A stretch of 64,000 bases of DNA, taken from assembly GCF_036321535.1 (NCBI RefSeq), contig NC_087436.1:26786001-26850000 (forward strand). The letters run 5' to 3'. Position numbers and translations under genes: made by a program. Below, piece by piece: positions 39,038-53,900 of the stretch. The notes below the pieces were generated by a model that was not told where the DNA came from, ran no database searches, and was given only the letters and a program-made list of their open reading frames with translations. This DNA comes from Camelus dromedarius (lineage: Eukaryota). Positions within the stretch are counted from its first letter, which is position 1, and each line of letters opens with the position of its first letter.

Positions 39038-40025
39038 GGGAATTCCGGTCAAGATGGTGGAGTAGTAGGACCATAAGCTCATCTCCTCAAGATTACAAAA
39101 AAACCACAACTGACTGCTAAACAAACATTGAGAAAAAAGACTGGAACCTAGCAAAAAAGATCTTCTTCAACTGGAAACATAAAGAGGGAACCACAGTGGG
39201 GTAATGGGAGAAGGTGTGCTCATGATATAATCAGGTCCCATACCTGGGTGGGTGACCCACAAACCAGAGGTCCTCCTACAGGAGTAAGAGTTCTGAGTCC
39301 CATGTAAGGCTCCCCAGCCCGGGGTTCCAGTATAGGTTGGAGAAGACCCCAGAACATCTGGTTTTGAAGGCCACTGGGGCTTAACTGCAGAAGCTCCAAG
39401 GGACTAGGGGAAACAGAGACTTCACTCTCTTGGGAAGTGCACACAGAATCTCACATGTGCTGGGACCAAAGGCAGAGGCACTGATTTCACAGGAACTTAG
39501 GCTGGACCTGCCTACTGGTTTTAGAAGGTCTCTTTGGAAGGTGGTGGAAGCGGGCAGCTGTGACTCACCCTGTGGACCTAAAAGCTGGTGGTGGACATTC
39601 AGAGAGTGTTCATCTACATGAGCTTTCCTGGAAGCTGACATCTTGCTTGGGTCATTAGCACTAACACCCAGCCCCACCCAACAGCCTAAAGGCTTAAGTG
39701 CTGGGAAGCCTCAGGACAAACAACCTACTGGGTGGGAATGTAACCCCACCCAACAGCAGACTTCCTGAGCAACAAATGCCTCAAGACATGCCCCTAGACA
39801 TGGCCCTGCCCACTAGAGGGCCAGGACCAAGCTCCACCCAGCAGTGGGCAGGCACTGACTCCTCCTACCAGGAAACCTGCACAAGCCTCTAGTCTAGCCT
39901 TACCCAGCAGGCAGCAGATACTAGAAGTAAGAAAACACAATATAAAGACAGCTCATATAGCTTAATATCAAAAAAACAAACAATCCAATCAAAAAATGTG
40001 CAGAAGACCTAAACAGACGTTCTTC
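39038..40025 (+). mobile_element. L1 5'UTR (~900 bp) fused to a short ORF2 C-terminal piece
   Basis: Starts gggaattccggtcaagatggtggagtag (L1 5' end/YY1-type motif); GC-richer UTR to ~39940; then 'cagctcatatagcttaatatcaaaaaaacaaacaatccaatcaaaaaatgtgcagaagacctaaacagac' (NIKKTNNPIKKCAEDLNR). Confidence 0.85.
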
Positions 40026-40699
40026 TAATCCTCTAAATGCTTTGTATGGGATTTGATTGCAGTCCTTTTCAGTTGCTAATTTCTCACGAGCACTGAGTTT
40101 CCCTATACTTTTAGGAGAGTGAGTTAGGATAAGTGTTTCTAGAATCAGGGTTCTAGAGTTTTACGAACTGTTAGGTTCAGAAAAATAATAGGAAAAAAAT
40201 CATACTTTTTAACTGCTTTCTGTATTTCTTTCCCTTGCTTTTATCTGAATCTTCTCTTCTCTTCGCTGTACTATGACTGTCCTGTACAATTTGGGTTTTT
40301 CTCCAGTTTCACCCAGATGGCAAGACTTTTACTTGAAGGGGAGCTTAAATTGTTAATTTTTGGAGCTTATGTGTATGAAGTGCTCCAATACACTTAGATT
40401 TTACCATATCATTGTTCTCTGACTTGAAAATTTGGTTCTAATAGAGCAGATGCTATTTTCAGATTGTTCCAATGCACTTTCAAATATGTGGTTCTACAGT
40501 ACGTAACAGCATTACAAACAGTTGCTTTCCTTTTCCTTTCTCCTGCATTGCTGCAGACACCACACATGTCATGTAGGCAATCAGTGGTTTCAAGTTCACG
40601 GCCATAATTTTCTATCCAACTTTGCTGTGGAAGTTTTTTTGGTTTATTTATTCTAGTTTATTTGGTCTATATAGAAGAGTGAGAAATATTCATAAACAT

Positions 40700-41500
40700 G
40701 ATCATGATCAATTACTTTATGACCATCTATGTTATGAGCAAGGTGGGTTTATCTCAGATAAGGCTGGGGTCATTTGACATTATAAAATAAATAAACATAA
40801 TAAATCGCATTAGAAGATGAAGAGAAATATACTTAGCATTATCTAATTAAATTAGGAACAGGTATTTGATACATTTGATAAATTACAACATTCACTGCTG
40901 ATTAAAATTCCTAGAAAATGAAGAATAAAAGGTAAATTCTTTAGTCAGATAAGTGCTACCTATAATAATTATCAAATCTTATGTAATGGTGAACATAGGA
41001 AGATTTTTTTAGGGGGAGGGGAAAAGATGACATTATTTATGAACACCACTGAATCAGCACTGATTAGCAGGGCACAGACTCTACGATAAGATGAGAAAAT
41101 AATTAGTAAGCAATCCAATCTAATGGCTGTAAGTTTTTCTTTTCTCTTATTATTTGATAAGCAAAAATTGAAATGGACATTCAAAGAAATAAGAATGGCT
41201 AAAATAATATTGACAAGAAATGAGTTGGGGGTGAAATGGACTTGTGCAACACATTAAAGTCAAAAAGGGACTAATTCTAAAGTGATAATAGTTGAGAGAT
41301 TAGTTTATTCACAGAAGACCAGATTAATGAAGCAATGAAAGAAAAAAGGCAGTCCCGAAATAAATAAATGGACAGTTTCTGTCAGAATCGGCATTTCAAA
41401 CCTGTGGGGAAAGGAGAAATCATTAAATACAACATGAAGAAATGATTGCTTAACTCTGTGCCAAAAATTATATTTCACCATTGAAATTAAATGTTCACTG
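40700..41500 (+). mobile_element. Ancient L1M ORF2 fragments
   Basis: 'caaggtgggtttatctcaga', 'catttgataaattacaacattcactgctgattaaaattc', 'aagaatggctaaaataatattga'. Confidence 0.6.
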
Positions 41501-43539
41501 CAAGGAACACAGAAGGATGTCACTAGGCCAATAACTCTAAATTTTGTATATAATCCCTTATTCAAGGAGGGAATTATGTACTATGTCATAAAAAAATTGG
41601 TTGGTGCTATCCACGATGTAGGCAAAGCTGTATATTTAATTTCATTAATTATCTTTTTTCCATTCTCCTCATAGAAGAGAAAAAGTGAGCTCTGGTAGTC
41701 TATTTGCAGCTTATTATGTTTAATAAACTGTACGGAAAATTTGGAGTTTGGCAAACTATCTGCACAGAATCTATGGTAGTCATAACAGAGATCTCAGTTA
41801 CACTGGAAAAAAAAAACCAAAAAATGAATAAATTGACCAGGGGTAAGTTCTAATGAGGGAAATCTAAAGTAATTGACCTTGTTAAACTAATTGAGGACAT
41901 TGTAGATAATTCACTTCAATGAATATGAATATGAATCTAGAGGTGAAAAGGACTAGCTAATTCTTGCCATATGGTTACCATTATACTAGTACATTCTAAG
42001 TGTTTTCAAATGCATGACAATCCTAAAAACACACTAAGTAGTATCTGCACCTATACATCAATACCACTAATAGACAAAGTAGAATATTAGTTTAGATCAT
42101 AAGCTTGACTTCATCTGTGTCAATATCATACAACAAACATCCCAGAGGTATGTAAGAAGCAGAACACTGGACCAGCTGTTGACTGAAAGCAAGAGGTCTT
42201 CTTTATGGAGAGAAGAGTAAAGTTCTAGGTATAAGATAATAAGTAACCTCTTCAGAATAACTGCAAATAATTGTGAAGGTTAAAGATGAGACTAAATTGT
42301 TCTGCACTCTATCCATTGATGCTACTCATTCTTCAATTAAAAGAGCATGTAAATACCTTACTCTAAATAATATATCTCTTCTTTCAACTTTCTAAACACA
42401 AAGAATATATTGCACCAACATTTTTTAGTGGTTCCAGCACCTACCTGAACTAAAAAAAACATGCTTTTAACATGCTTTATGGTGTATTTGTTGCATCTTG
42501 AAGTTTAAATCTGTCGCTTATCTGGTGTTCCCTCCAGCAAGATTTGATTTTCCTGGCTCCACTTAAAGGTATAGATTTTAGGCAAATTCTTCTGCTTGCT
42601 CTAGAGAATTTTTTTTTTTTACAACTTTTCTATGATTCCTACATCATTTCCTTCCTTTGATTTCTGTGCCACCACTTGCTAAGCCCTGGTTTCCATATCC
42701 TTCTGGTTTACACCAGAAGCCTAAACACACAAATATCTAGGACAAGAAGTTTGAAACTAAATATACTTAGCGTTACTTGTTTTTCATTCTATATTTTACA
42801 GATTTTATGTGCTCATCTTGTGGTATGTTTTAGAGAATTAATAAGCAAAAGAAACAAATGACCTCTTAATGCCATTTTTTTTACTCAGTAAAGAATTCTT
42901 TACTCAGTAAAGAAACAAGAATCTTAATATTGTTAATTAATTACTCTTTTAAGACTTAGAATTTAACAATTTAGTTTCAACTTTTCAACTTTGTCACTTC
43001 GTGAACCTGAACAGATGATAGATTAATAATGCTGACCTATTTAGCTTTCTCTAATTTATTTTGCAGTTAAATGTAATCGGCTTTTGAGACCTGCTTATGA
43101 TTTGCATAATTGCCAGAGTATGGAAAACGACATTTTACCATTTGTCCTCAGTGTTTATCAGTAGTCTTTTTTGCTCTCACTTCCTTGATATTTTTTCTTT
43201 CTTGTTGTGAACATCCTATAAAGACCATATATTTTGCTGACCAATTTTTTCAATATGAAGGAAAAACGTTTTCAGACAGGAACATTTGGAAAGGGCCAGT
43301 TAATATTTGGGAGAGTCAGCCAGTATTTGGTGTGCTGAAAAGAGTAATTTTTGTAGTCCATTAGGTCTGATTCTGCCTAAATTGTATCCTTCATATGGGT
43401 ATAGAATAGTTACACTTCGGGTGTTTAACATACAACAAGTTTCTTCATGTTATTTCTTCCCAACAAAGCAAGCCCACTGTTATATCCACGTCTTCATCAG
43501 AGAATGGACAGCAGAAATTGTGGAGTACATTTGACTGGG

Positions 43540-46205
43540 AGTTGCTCTCTCCTCTCCCAACAGCCCAGATAACCCAAGCCTTCAAACTGTCACCAAGGCT
43601 TATTGATTTTATTTTAAGTATTTTTAAACATCATCCAACTTTGCAATCCTAACAGACAACATCAACCACCTTTTGCCTGTTATTTTTCAATAGCCTCTTA
43701 ACCAGTTGCAATGAATCCATTTTTTGATTCTCTTAATGTCCGTTATCATCATTAGAGCCTCAGTTATATTTATAAAATGCAAGTACTGCTATTTCTACCT
43801 GAAATATTTCAGTAGTATTCTTTTCTATTTTGAATCAAGTCCAAATCCTTCATCGTGGCTACTATGGTTTCTAATGAACTAAACTCTACCTAAATATTAC
43901 CTTTCACTGCTTAAAATCTTCATCTCACTCCCAACCACCTATTCATAGCCATATTTTGCTACAGACATCATTGAATCTCTTTCAGTGATTCCAACAGTTC
44001 TTATTTATCTGTCCACCTAGAATCTTTGCAAATTGCATTATCTCTCCATGGAAAATTATCACTTCTTTTTGTTTTCATGGTTCCCTTCAACTTCACATAC
44101 TTGCCATGCCTTCTGTATGCCTTCTATCTCTTCATTCCCCCTGTATCATCTTGAAGTATTTTACTCCATTAAGTATCATTACAGACTAATAAATATGGAC
44201 ATCACATTTTATTGTTAGTGCTTATTAATTTGATTTTACTATTAGAGAGAGAGAGAGATGAAAATAATGTGTATCTTCACTTTATCATCATTGAGCACAA
44301 TGCCTGAAAAATTGTGGGCGATTAAAAATACTGCTGAATGCTGTTAAATGGAAAGGATAGATTTCAATATATATTTGTCATGGAGAGTTATGAGTGGTAT
44401 ATCAACAATAAATTAGTAGGGGTTTGTATCCAACTCTGAGTATACAGCTTTAATTCAAACAAAATACTCTAATAAGAAGCCAAGATAGAATATAACTTGG
44501 CGTCTGCAATGACACAGAGCACTCACAGGATTCTAAATGGCTCTAGGCACACAAGGTCCTTAGTAATAACTTACTATTGTCCAAACTGGATTTCTACACT
44601 GTTATATTTCACTTTTTTCCTATAGACTAAAATTTATTACCTGTGGTTAAATTCATAGGCTGGCCTCATTTTTATAGCATTAGTGATAGCTTATCCATCC
44701 ACTTCTATTTTCACTGCCTGTCACCACACTAATTCCAATGATGTTCATCTGTTACCTACACTTCTGCATTTGCTTTATTATTGGTCCCTTATTGTTACTC
44801 CTGCTGGTTTTCAATCCTCTTCATTCAATAGCCATAATAGTCTTGCAGAAATGTAAATCTGATCTGATTATAGATCCCTGCTTAAAAATAGTTCCTGCTG
44901 TCTCCTAAAGTAAATGAAATAAAAGCAAAAATAAACAAATGAGACCTAATTAAACTTAAAAGGTTTTGCACAGCAAAGAAAACCATCAACAAAATGAAAA
45001 AGACAACCTCCTGAACGGGAGAAGATATTTGCAAATGATATGAACAATAAGGAATTAATAGCCAACAAAAATAAACATAAACAAAAATGAACAACATAAT
45101 TAAAAATGAGCAGAAGAACTGAATAGACATTTTTCCAAAAAGGAAATGCAGATGGCCAACAAGCACATGAAAAGATGCCTAATATTGCCAATCATCAGGG
45201 AAATGAAAATCAAAACCGCAATGAGTTGTTATCACACATCTCTCAGGATGGCTATAATCAAAAAGAACAGAAATAACAAATGTTGGCCAGGATGTGGAGA
45301 AAAAGGAATCCTCAAAACACTTTTGGTGAGAACGTAAACTGATGTAGCCATTGTGAAAAACGGTATGGAGGTTTCTCAAAAAAACAAAAATAAAACTACC
45401 ACATGACTCAGCAATTCCACTCCTAAGTATATATTCAAAGAAACCAAAAACACTAATTCAGAAAGATACATGCATCTCAATGTTCACAGTAACAAAATTT
45501 ACAATCGTCAAGGTAAGCACAAGAAAGCAACCTAAGTGTCCATCAACAGATGAATAGGTAAAGAAGATGTGAGATATATATATGTATGATGGAATACTAC
45601 TCAGCCATAAAAAGAACAAAATTTTACTATTTGCAGCAACATGGATGGACTTGGAGGGCATTATGCTAAGTGAAATAAGTCAGAAAGAGAAAGACAGATA
45701 CTATGTAATATCACTTATATGTGGAATCTAAAAAATACAACAAATTGCTTAATATAACAACAACAACAAAAGAAGCAGGCTCACAGATATAGAAAACAAA
45801 AAGTGGTAACCAGTGTGGAGGAGAGGTAATACAGGCATAGGGGAGTGGGAGGTACAAACTATTGGATTTAAGATTGACAACAAGGATGTATTGTTCAACA
45901 TGGGGACTATAACCAATATTTTTGTAATAACTGTAAATGGAATGTGACCTTCAAACATTATATAAAAAATAAAAAATAAATAGTTGCTGCTGTTCTATCT
46001 CCTAGAATATTGTCCATTTCCTTCACACATTTCCTACACATCCACTCCAGAATGTGCAATCCTATGCCTAAATGCTTGTGTAATTAATTTCTATGTCTCC
46101 ATAACTAGACTGTAAGCTCTACAAGGACAAAAACCTTGTCTCTCTTTTTGACAATGGTATCCCCAGCAACTAACATAAATAGCAGGTGCTCAGTAAATAC
46201 CATTG
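43540..46205. mobile_element. Two decayed L2 3' segments (~43540-44345 and ~44660-46205, the latter split by L1)
   Basis: L2 tail motifs 'gcacaatgcctga...aaaatactgctgaatg' and 'ctagactgtaagctctacaaggaca...gcaggtgctcagtaaatac'. Confidence 0.65.
44901..45977 (+). mobile_element. 5'-truncated L1 (~1.08 kb) with TSD
   Basis: ORF2 C-terminal remnants ([11 protein letters not shown]...IREMKIKT), 3'UTR, poly(A); TSD aaatagtt(c/g)ctgctg at 44886-44900 and 45978-45992. Confidence 0.95.
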
Positions 46206-46929
46206 GATAAATTTGCTGGATAAATTATCCTTAATCTTTGTTAGCAGCAAAGTTCTAACATAATAAAAGTTATCTACAACTTTGGGTAAATAAAATAAAT
46301 CTATTTATTAAGGCATATTAGCCAATAGTTTCAGTAAGTTCAAATACATGCTAAAGAGAGTCCCTCCACCCTCCTTCCCCCTAAGGCCAATTTTCAAGAA
46401 AGTGTTTTCAATAATAATTCTAGACACCTAAAACTGATGGTTGTGGGTGTTCTGTCAGGCCTCACTGGGAACTGTGGCTGACTGCCCAGGATTCCTGGTG
46501 CAAACCTAACCCAATAGAAAGTTTTGATGCAAGATGTTTCAGAACCAGTTGATATCAAGGGTTCAATATCTGTCATCAAAGACTGAAAGTTATTTCTCAT
46601 TGATGCATCTGTTTTTGACTCCTTCATCAAAAGAATCTATGGCAACATATGGATAAATATACATGTTTTCAGTTAGCATTTGCTAACAAACATTAGATTT
46701 TTTTGTCTTTCACAAGAGGGAAACATCTACACTTGAGAAAATAATGGTTAATTTGCTGTTAAGATTTTCGTTCATGAAGGTAAGATCAACAGTAATGTTA
46801 TATTTAAAAGAAGAAATTTAAATACTTTAATATTTTAAGTACAAATCACCCTATTAAAAGATTAAAACATACAAATCTTAGAAGGACCTCATTTTTTCTG
46901 TGACATTAAAAAATTCTTTATCCCTAACT

Positions 46930-47129
46930 CTTTTAATTGGTTAGTTTTTAAAAATCAGGTTACAATGTTGTGTTAATTTCTGGTGTACAGCATAGTGATT
47001 CAATTATACATATATACATATGTTTTCATATTCTTTTTCAGTATAGGTTATTATAAGATATTGAATATAGTTCCCTGTGCTAACAGTAGGATCTTGTTGT
47101 TTATCTATTTTATGTATAGTAATTAGTAT
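46930..47129 (-). mobile_element. Short L1 3' end
   Basis: 'ttacaatgttgtgttaatttctggtgtacagcatagtgattc...aagatattgaatatagttccctgtgct'. Confidence 0.88.
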
Positions 47130-47629
47130 TAAAGCAAGTTAAAATTGTACTATTCACACAGTAGGGATAATAGGGCTGCTGACAAAATCCCTGAATGAAA
47201 TAATTGAAAACAAGGAAAAATATTGGAATATTTGTCTCTTTAATTATGTTTTTCAATGATAGTATTAAATTATTTTCTACAGATGAAAACTAGCCCTCCA
47301 TTTGGCTTCAGGAAAAATAAGTTTGATGGTTGTGATACTGTGTGTCTTTGAAAAGGTTCTAAACATATTTGGATCATTGGGTTATTCTTTGGTTATTATT
47401 AGAGGGTGAAGTCTATTTGTATCTGGTCTCATATCACAGTCTTTACATTACATGATTTAGATAGATATGTGACTTAAAAAGTGAGGGTAACTAATTAGTC
47501 TTATGCCTTAGTCTATGCCCCATTCCTATTTTTTTTTTCTGACTGATTCCAGCCAGATATCCTTAAAACAGATGTCATCTTGAATTCTACTTTCAGTCCA
47601 CAATTTTTCGTCCCCTTTCTATGTAGCTC

Positions 47630-47855
47630 CATAGAGAGAAGTTAGGCTTGTAGTCAAGTGGCTGTGGTTCAAACCCAAGCTCTGGCATGTTCAGTATTAC
47701 CTTGGAAAATTGCTTTAAACTATATATATTTCTGCTTCCTCTTCTCTAACTGGGATGCTGATGTCTACCCAGAGGGTTGTTGTGAGATCTAGATGATAGT
47801 ATATATAAATCAACTAATGTAAAAACTATCATACAGTAAGTGTAAATAAATAGCA
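47630..47855. mobile_element. MIR
   Basis: 'ggttcaaacccaagctctg...accttggaaaattgctttaa...cagagggttgttgtgagat'. Confidence 0.7.
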
Positions 47856-49799
47856 ATTGTTTTTGTCTTTTTTTTTTAAAGTAACAACATTTTTCAGAGT
47901 GTCATACAAAATTTGTATAAGCTCAGTATTAAATCTACCCTGAGGACTTAACTAAGTTTCCACTATTAATCCACGTTGGATCTTCCAAAATAGACCGATG
48001 CAAAGCCACTTAAAACCTCTGTGGACTGTTTACTCTGGGCTCTGATACTCCATCTATTTAGTTATCTCCACCTTCGAAACTCTAGCATTTTTTCTCCTTT
48101 ATAAATTTTAATGTTTTCATCATTCTATACTTACACAACTAACAGGGCTACATATACAAAGTAATAGTGCTCCCACGCAAGCTGCCTTTTAGCATGCAAT
48201 ATCTGATACCGTAATACCAGGCATTCATTTTTACATAAACACTTTGAATTATACATTTTAAATTTAAAGACAAACAAGGATGCCTCCTAATTACCTCAGA
48301 AAAGGAGAAAAAATGTAGTTTTATTCACAGTACAGTTTTTTGCTTTTTCCCATGCAACAGAGAGAAAGAGTAAAATAAAAGGAGTCCATCATAAAATTAA
48401 AAGAAATTGGTTGTAATAATGCTTGGCTTTTAAATCTAGGAAAATAGCAATGAAGAATCACAGTAATCAAATCTGGCCTGAATAGAGCTTTGTGTAATTA
48501 GTACATTACACATAATGATAATGATCTTGTATTTTATTTAATTTTATTTATTTATTTATAAATGACTACTATATTGCACCTGGATGCTTTGCAATAATTA
48601 AAATAATTTAAAAAGTACAAAATGAGTCCAGTTAAAAAGGCTCACCAATTTCTCAGACTGATAAGCTAAACTAAACTAATTAAAAGTCAGAACTCTTATT
48701 TTCAGCTTATACTAAACTAGAATCCTGGCCTACCAATTTATTTCTAAGTTAGAGTGATGTTCACTTGAAAATGTAATTATAGGGAAAATAATAAAGATAC
48801 ATATTTCTGATGGTTTTTTTTAATGACTTTATTAATCAAATATATATTCAGGACGTGCTATATATAAGGCAATGTCCTCTGGAATACAGAGATATTTTTC
48901 ATCTGTATGTTTTTCCTGACTTCAGTATAAACTCTTGTAAAAAAGATAAGTATATTAAAAAGTTACATATAAGAATAACACAGATGGTGTTAGAAAAACT
49001 ATAAAATGGCTGCATGTTCATAGGAGGAAAACACTGCCTGGTTGGATATAAGAACTAAAAGTTTGTATGTTTTAATGAGAAGGAAGTAAATCCCACACAG
49101 TAGCTAGGATTCAAATGTCATATACACTGTATGAGATAAAATGATGATTTAGAATAGAGCAAGAAAGGAGAGATTATAATTCATAACAATAAACACATAT
49201 AAACCAGGACAATGTATATGATAGCATGTAGATAACATACTATTAAAAATTCACGATAGGAAAAGACTATAACTGATTTTAAGAAGGTGGTCCCATTCAT
49301 TTGTATTATGTCTTATATTTAATAGATACATATTTTAAATCTAGTCTTTTATATCTAGGTGAGCACAGAGGTACAACACAACCAAGTACGAAGCTCTGAG
49401 GTCAGTGATTCTTAGATAAAGATCAAAAGTGTTTTTTTGGGCAGCAGGGCTGTAAAAAATGTCTCTAATGAAGGACCCTTGTATAAAGGCTTTTAGGACA
49501 GAAATAACACTGAAAACCTTTGGGAAAAAACGAAAACTCATATGCTATTTGAATGATGAGGTACCCAAAGTACTAAGGGGAACTCAAAGCATTTATCCCA
49601 ACAAATGTTTTCTTACTTTGTCCTCAAATTATTTTTTTCAACTCTAAGTTAAATCTGTTATTCTAGATTAATATGGGCTTCATGTTTGTAATTTTTCAAA
49701 GCATGGTTGACTTACTTGAATTAATAACCAAAAAATAGTTTTGTTTCTTCCACTAGTTTGATTCTTGCTATTTCTGATCCCTGCTCATCATTTTAAAAA

Positions 49800-50932
49800 T
49801 GCAAGCACAAATTAAATTCAAAGTGAGCAGAACAAAAGAAATAATTAGAGCAGAAATCAATTAAGTTGAAAACAAGAAATCAACAGAAAAAAATCTACAA
49901 AACCAAAAGCTTATTCTTTGAAAAAAAATTAAATAAAATTGATAAAGCTCTAGCTAGGCTAAGAAAAAAAGAGAGAGGACACAAACTACAAATATCAGAA
50001 ATGAAAGAGGGGACTATAGATCCTGTAGAAATTAAAAGGATAGTAAATGGTACTATGAACAACTTTATGCCCACAAATTTTATAACCTAGATGAATTGGA
50101 CCAAATGCTTGAAAGATAAAATTTGCCATAATTCACACAGGAAGAAATAGATGATCCAAATAGACCTATAGCTATTTAAAAATTGGGTCAATAATTCATA
50201 ACCTTCCAAAACAGAAAGCACAAGGCTCAGATGGGTTCACTGGCGAATTCTTCCAAACATTTAAGGAAGAAATTATACCAATTCTCTTTAATCTCATTCA
50301 GATGTTTGGAAGCAGAAGGAATACTTACTAACTCATTCTATGAGGGCAGTGTAACCATAATACCAAAACCAGACAAAGACATTTTATCTGTAGAATAATA
50401 TCTCCTATGAACTTTAATGCAAAAATCTTTAACAAAAAATTAGAAAATTGAATAAAAAGTGTCTAAAAAGAATTATACACCACAGACAAGTGGGTTTTAC
50501 CCAGATACACAAAGCTTGTAGGACATTCAAAAGTCAGTTAATATAAATCATCACAACAAGAGAATAGAAAAGATAAATTATATGGCCATATTAATGGTTG
50601 TAGAATAAGCATTTGACAAAATCCAACATAATAAGAGCTCTGAGTATATTAAGTACAGAGGAGAACTTTCTCAACTTGGTAAAGCCACCTACAAAAAAAT
50701 AATCTACAAGTAACATCATACCTAATGGTGAGAAACTTGAGACTTTCCCACTAAGATCAGGTACAAGGCAAAAATGTCCCATCTCATCACACCTTTTCAA
50801 CACTGTACCAAATGTCTTTGTTAATGCAATAAGAAAAGAACAAGAGATAAGAAGTGTACATATTTGGGAAGAAAGACATAAAATTGTCCTTGTTCACAGA
50901 TGACATGATTGTTTATGTAGAAAATACGAAAA
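49800..50932 (+). mobile_element. Old L1 ORF2 internal fragment (linker to RT motif)
   Basis: KTKSLFFEK..NKIDKALARL..K; DGFTGEF; AFDKIQH; ends at LFTDDMIVYVEN. Confidence 0.92.
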
Positions 50933-53900
50933 ATTGTTGTATCCTGCTAAGTTGCCAAGTTTATTAGTTCTAAAATTTTGTAGTGGATTCCTTAGGATTT
51001 TTGATACACAAAATCATGTCATCTATGAATACAGATAGTTTTACTTCTTATCCTATCTTTACTTATATTTCTTTTCTAATTGCCCTGTCTAGAATCTCCA
51101 GCAGAATGTTGAATAAAAGTGGCAAGAGTGGACATCTTTGTTTTGTTTCTGATGTTATGGGCAAAGCATCCAGTCTTTAACCATTATGTATGATGCCAGA
51201 TGTAGTTTTTTAAGTAAATGCCTCTTATCAAGTTGAGGAAATTTCCTTTTATTCTTAATTTGGTAACTGTTTTATCATGAAATGCTGCTGTATTTTGTTA
51301 AGTGCTTTTTCTGCACCTACTGAAAAGATTATGTTTTTCTATGTATAGATACACTGTACTGCATTAACTGATTTTCAGATGCTGAATCCACTTTGAATTC
51401 CTGGAATAAATCTCAATTAATCATGGTGTATAATTCATTATATGTTGTTAGATTCTTGAGTTTTTTTGATTTGATGTCTTGGTTTGGTTAGGCATCAGGG
51501 TAACACTGGCCTCATAGAATGAGTTGGGAAGTTTTCCTCTTGTATTTCTAGAAGAGTTTATGAATAACTAGTATTTATTCTTTAAATATTTGGTAGAATA
51601 CAAGAGTGAAGCCATCTGGGTCTGAGCTTTTCTTTGTGGGTTTTCTTTTTTTGTAATTACCAATTCAATCCTTTTACTTATAATAGGTTTATTCAGATGA
51701 TATATTTCTTCTTGAGTCAGTTTTCTATTATATCTGTTACCTAATTTTTGACATGCTATTGTTTATGATATTCCTTTATAATAAACTTTTTTTTTTTTTT
51801 TTGTAAGGACAGTAGTAATGTCTCCTCTTTCATTTCTGGTACTAGTAATTTTGATCTTCTCTTTTTTTCCTTAGCAAATAGAATTAAAGAATTGTTACTT
51901 TTTCTTCTTTTTAAAGAATTAGCTTTTACTTTCATTAACATTCTCTATTGTTACTTTATTCCATTCTCTATTTCATTAATTTTCATATGAACTTTTTATT
52001 GAAGTATAGTCAGTTACAATGTGTCAATTTCTGGTGTACAGCATAATGTTTCAGTCATACATATACATATATATAACATATGAATTTTTAACACTTTTTT
52101 GTTTGCCTTAGATTTATTTTGCTCTTCTTTTTCCAATTTCTTAAGGTGAAAGATTAGATTATTAACCTCTTTTTTTAAATATAAGAATTTACAACTGTAA
52201 ATTTTAACTATGACTTTAGCTGCACCCCATAAGATTGCATGTATTATATCATCATTTCTCTCAAAATATTTTCTCATTTCCCTTTTTATTTCTTCTTGAC
52301 CTATTGGTTATTTAGAAACATGTTCTTTAACTTAAACATATTTTTGAGTTTCCCAAATGTCTTTCTGTTATTGATTTCTAATTTCATTCCATGTGGTCAT
52401 AGAACATTCTTTGTATTATTTCTATCCTTTTAAATTAATTGAGATCCATTTATGTCATAACATATTGCCTATCCTGGTGAATGTTACATGTGGATTTGAG
52501 AAAAACATATGTTGTACTGTTACCAGGTAAAATGTTTTGTTGATGTCTGTTAGGTCTAGTTGGCTTATAATGTTGTTCAAATCTTTGATCTCCTTGTTGA
52601 ACTTCTGCCTAGCAGTTCTATCCATTATTGAAAGTGAGGGTATTAAATGCTCCAACTATTATTGTTGAGTTTTCTATTTCTCCCTTAATTTGTTAGTTTT
52701 TGATTTCTGTATTTTGATACTCTGTTGTTAGATGCATATATGTTTCTAATTGTTATATATTTCAGATGGAGGGACACTATTATAAAATGTTATTCTATCT
52801 CTATTAATATTTTAGGACTAATTTTCCAATATTAGCACAGCCACTCCAGCTTTATTATGCTTGCTGTTTGCATGATACATCTTTTCCATACTTATACTTT
52901 CAGTTCTGTAAACAGCATATGGTTGGCTCATGTATTTTATTCAGTCTGATAATCTCTGCCTTTTGATTATGTTATTAAATCCATTTGAGTGTAGTGTTAT
53001 TCATACGATTAGAGTTAAAACATTTGCAATTTTATTTTTGTTTTCTATATAGTTCATGTCTTTTATTTTATTCATCCTTTGCTGCAATCTTTTGCATTAA
53101 ATGCATATTTTCTAATGCAGAATTTTGACTTTTTATATTATATTTTAATTTTTTTTAGTGATTGCTGCAGTGATCTTTGCATATGTATCATAACTTTTCA
53201 GCATAAACTTCAAGTTTACAATAATTTAATTCCAATAAAATCTAGAAACATAACTCCTTTATACCCCTATCTCCTTTTCCTCTTTGTGTGGTATTATTTT
53301 ATATATAGTATATTACATGACTGTTACAAACAGAATCATACATTGTTATAATTATTACTTTACTTATATAATTTTATGACATTTAAAGAAGATGAGGAAA
53401 CAAAGACAGCAAGTATATGTTTATAGCTTTTGTTATATTAACCTTCCTATTTTTCATTTCTGGTTCCCTTCATTTGTTTCTATGGATTCAGGTCACCATC
53501 TCCAGTCATTATTTTTTAGACTAATGTAGCTTTGCTCCTATTCATCTCCTTTGTGATGTTACTGGCAAATATTCTGTATCTATATGTTATAGGCCTCCAA
53601 GTATATTATATACAAGTTGTTTTAAGTGATTGATTTTTAAATTAGTTGGGAGAAGAAAGGAGAAGAAACATGTATTGAATTGTCTTCTATAATTACATAA
53701 TTACCTTTACTGATGCTGTTAGTTTTTTATGTGGATTCAAATTGCTGTCTGGAGTAATTGCTACCAGTCTAAATAAATTTCTTTAGTATTTCTTGTAGTT
53801 GAGTGTGCTAGCAACAAATTCACTCAATTTTTGTTTATCTGAGGCTTTATTTAGTCTTTATTTTTGAAAGAGAGCTATGCTGGATTTGGATACTAGGTTG

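Noticed and set aside
39220..39892. Cluster of overlapping ORFs in GC-richer DNA
   Set aside because: Lies within an L1 5'UTR; the open frames reflect base composition.
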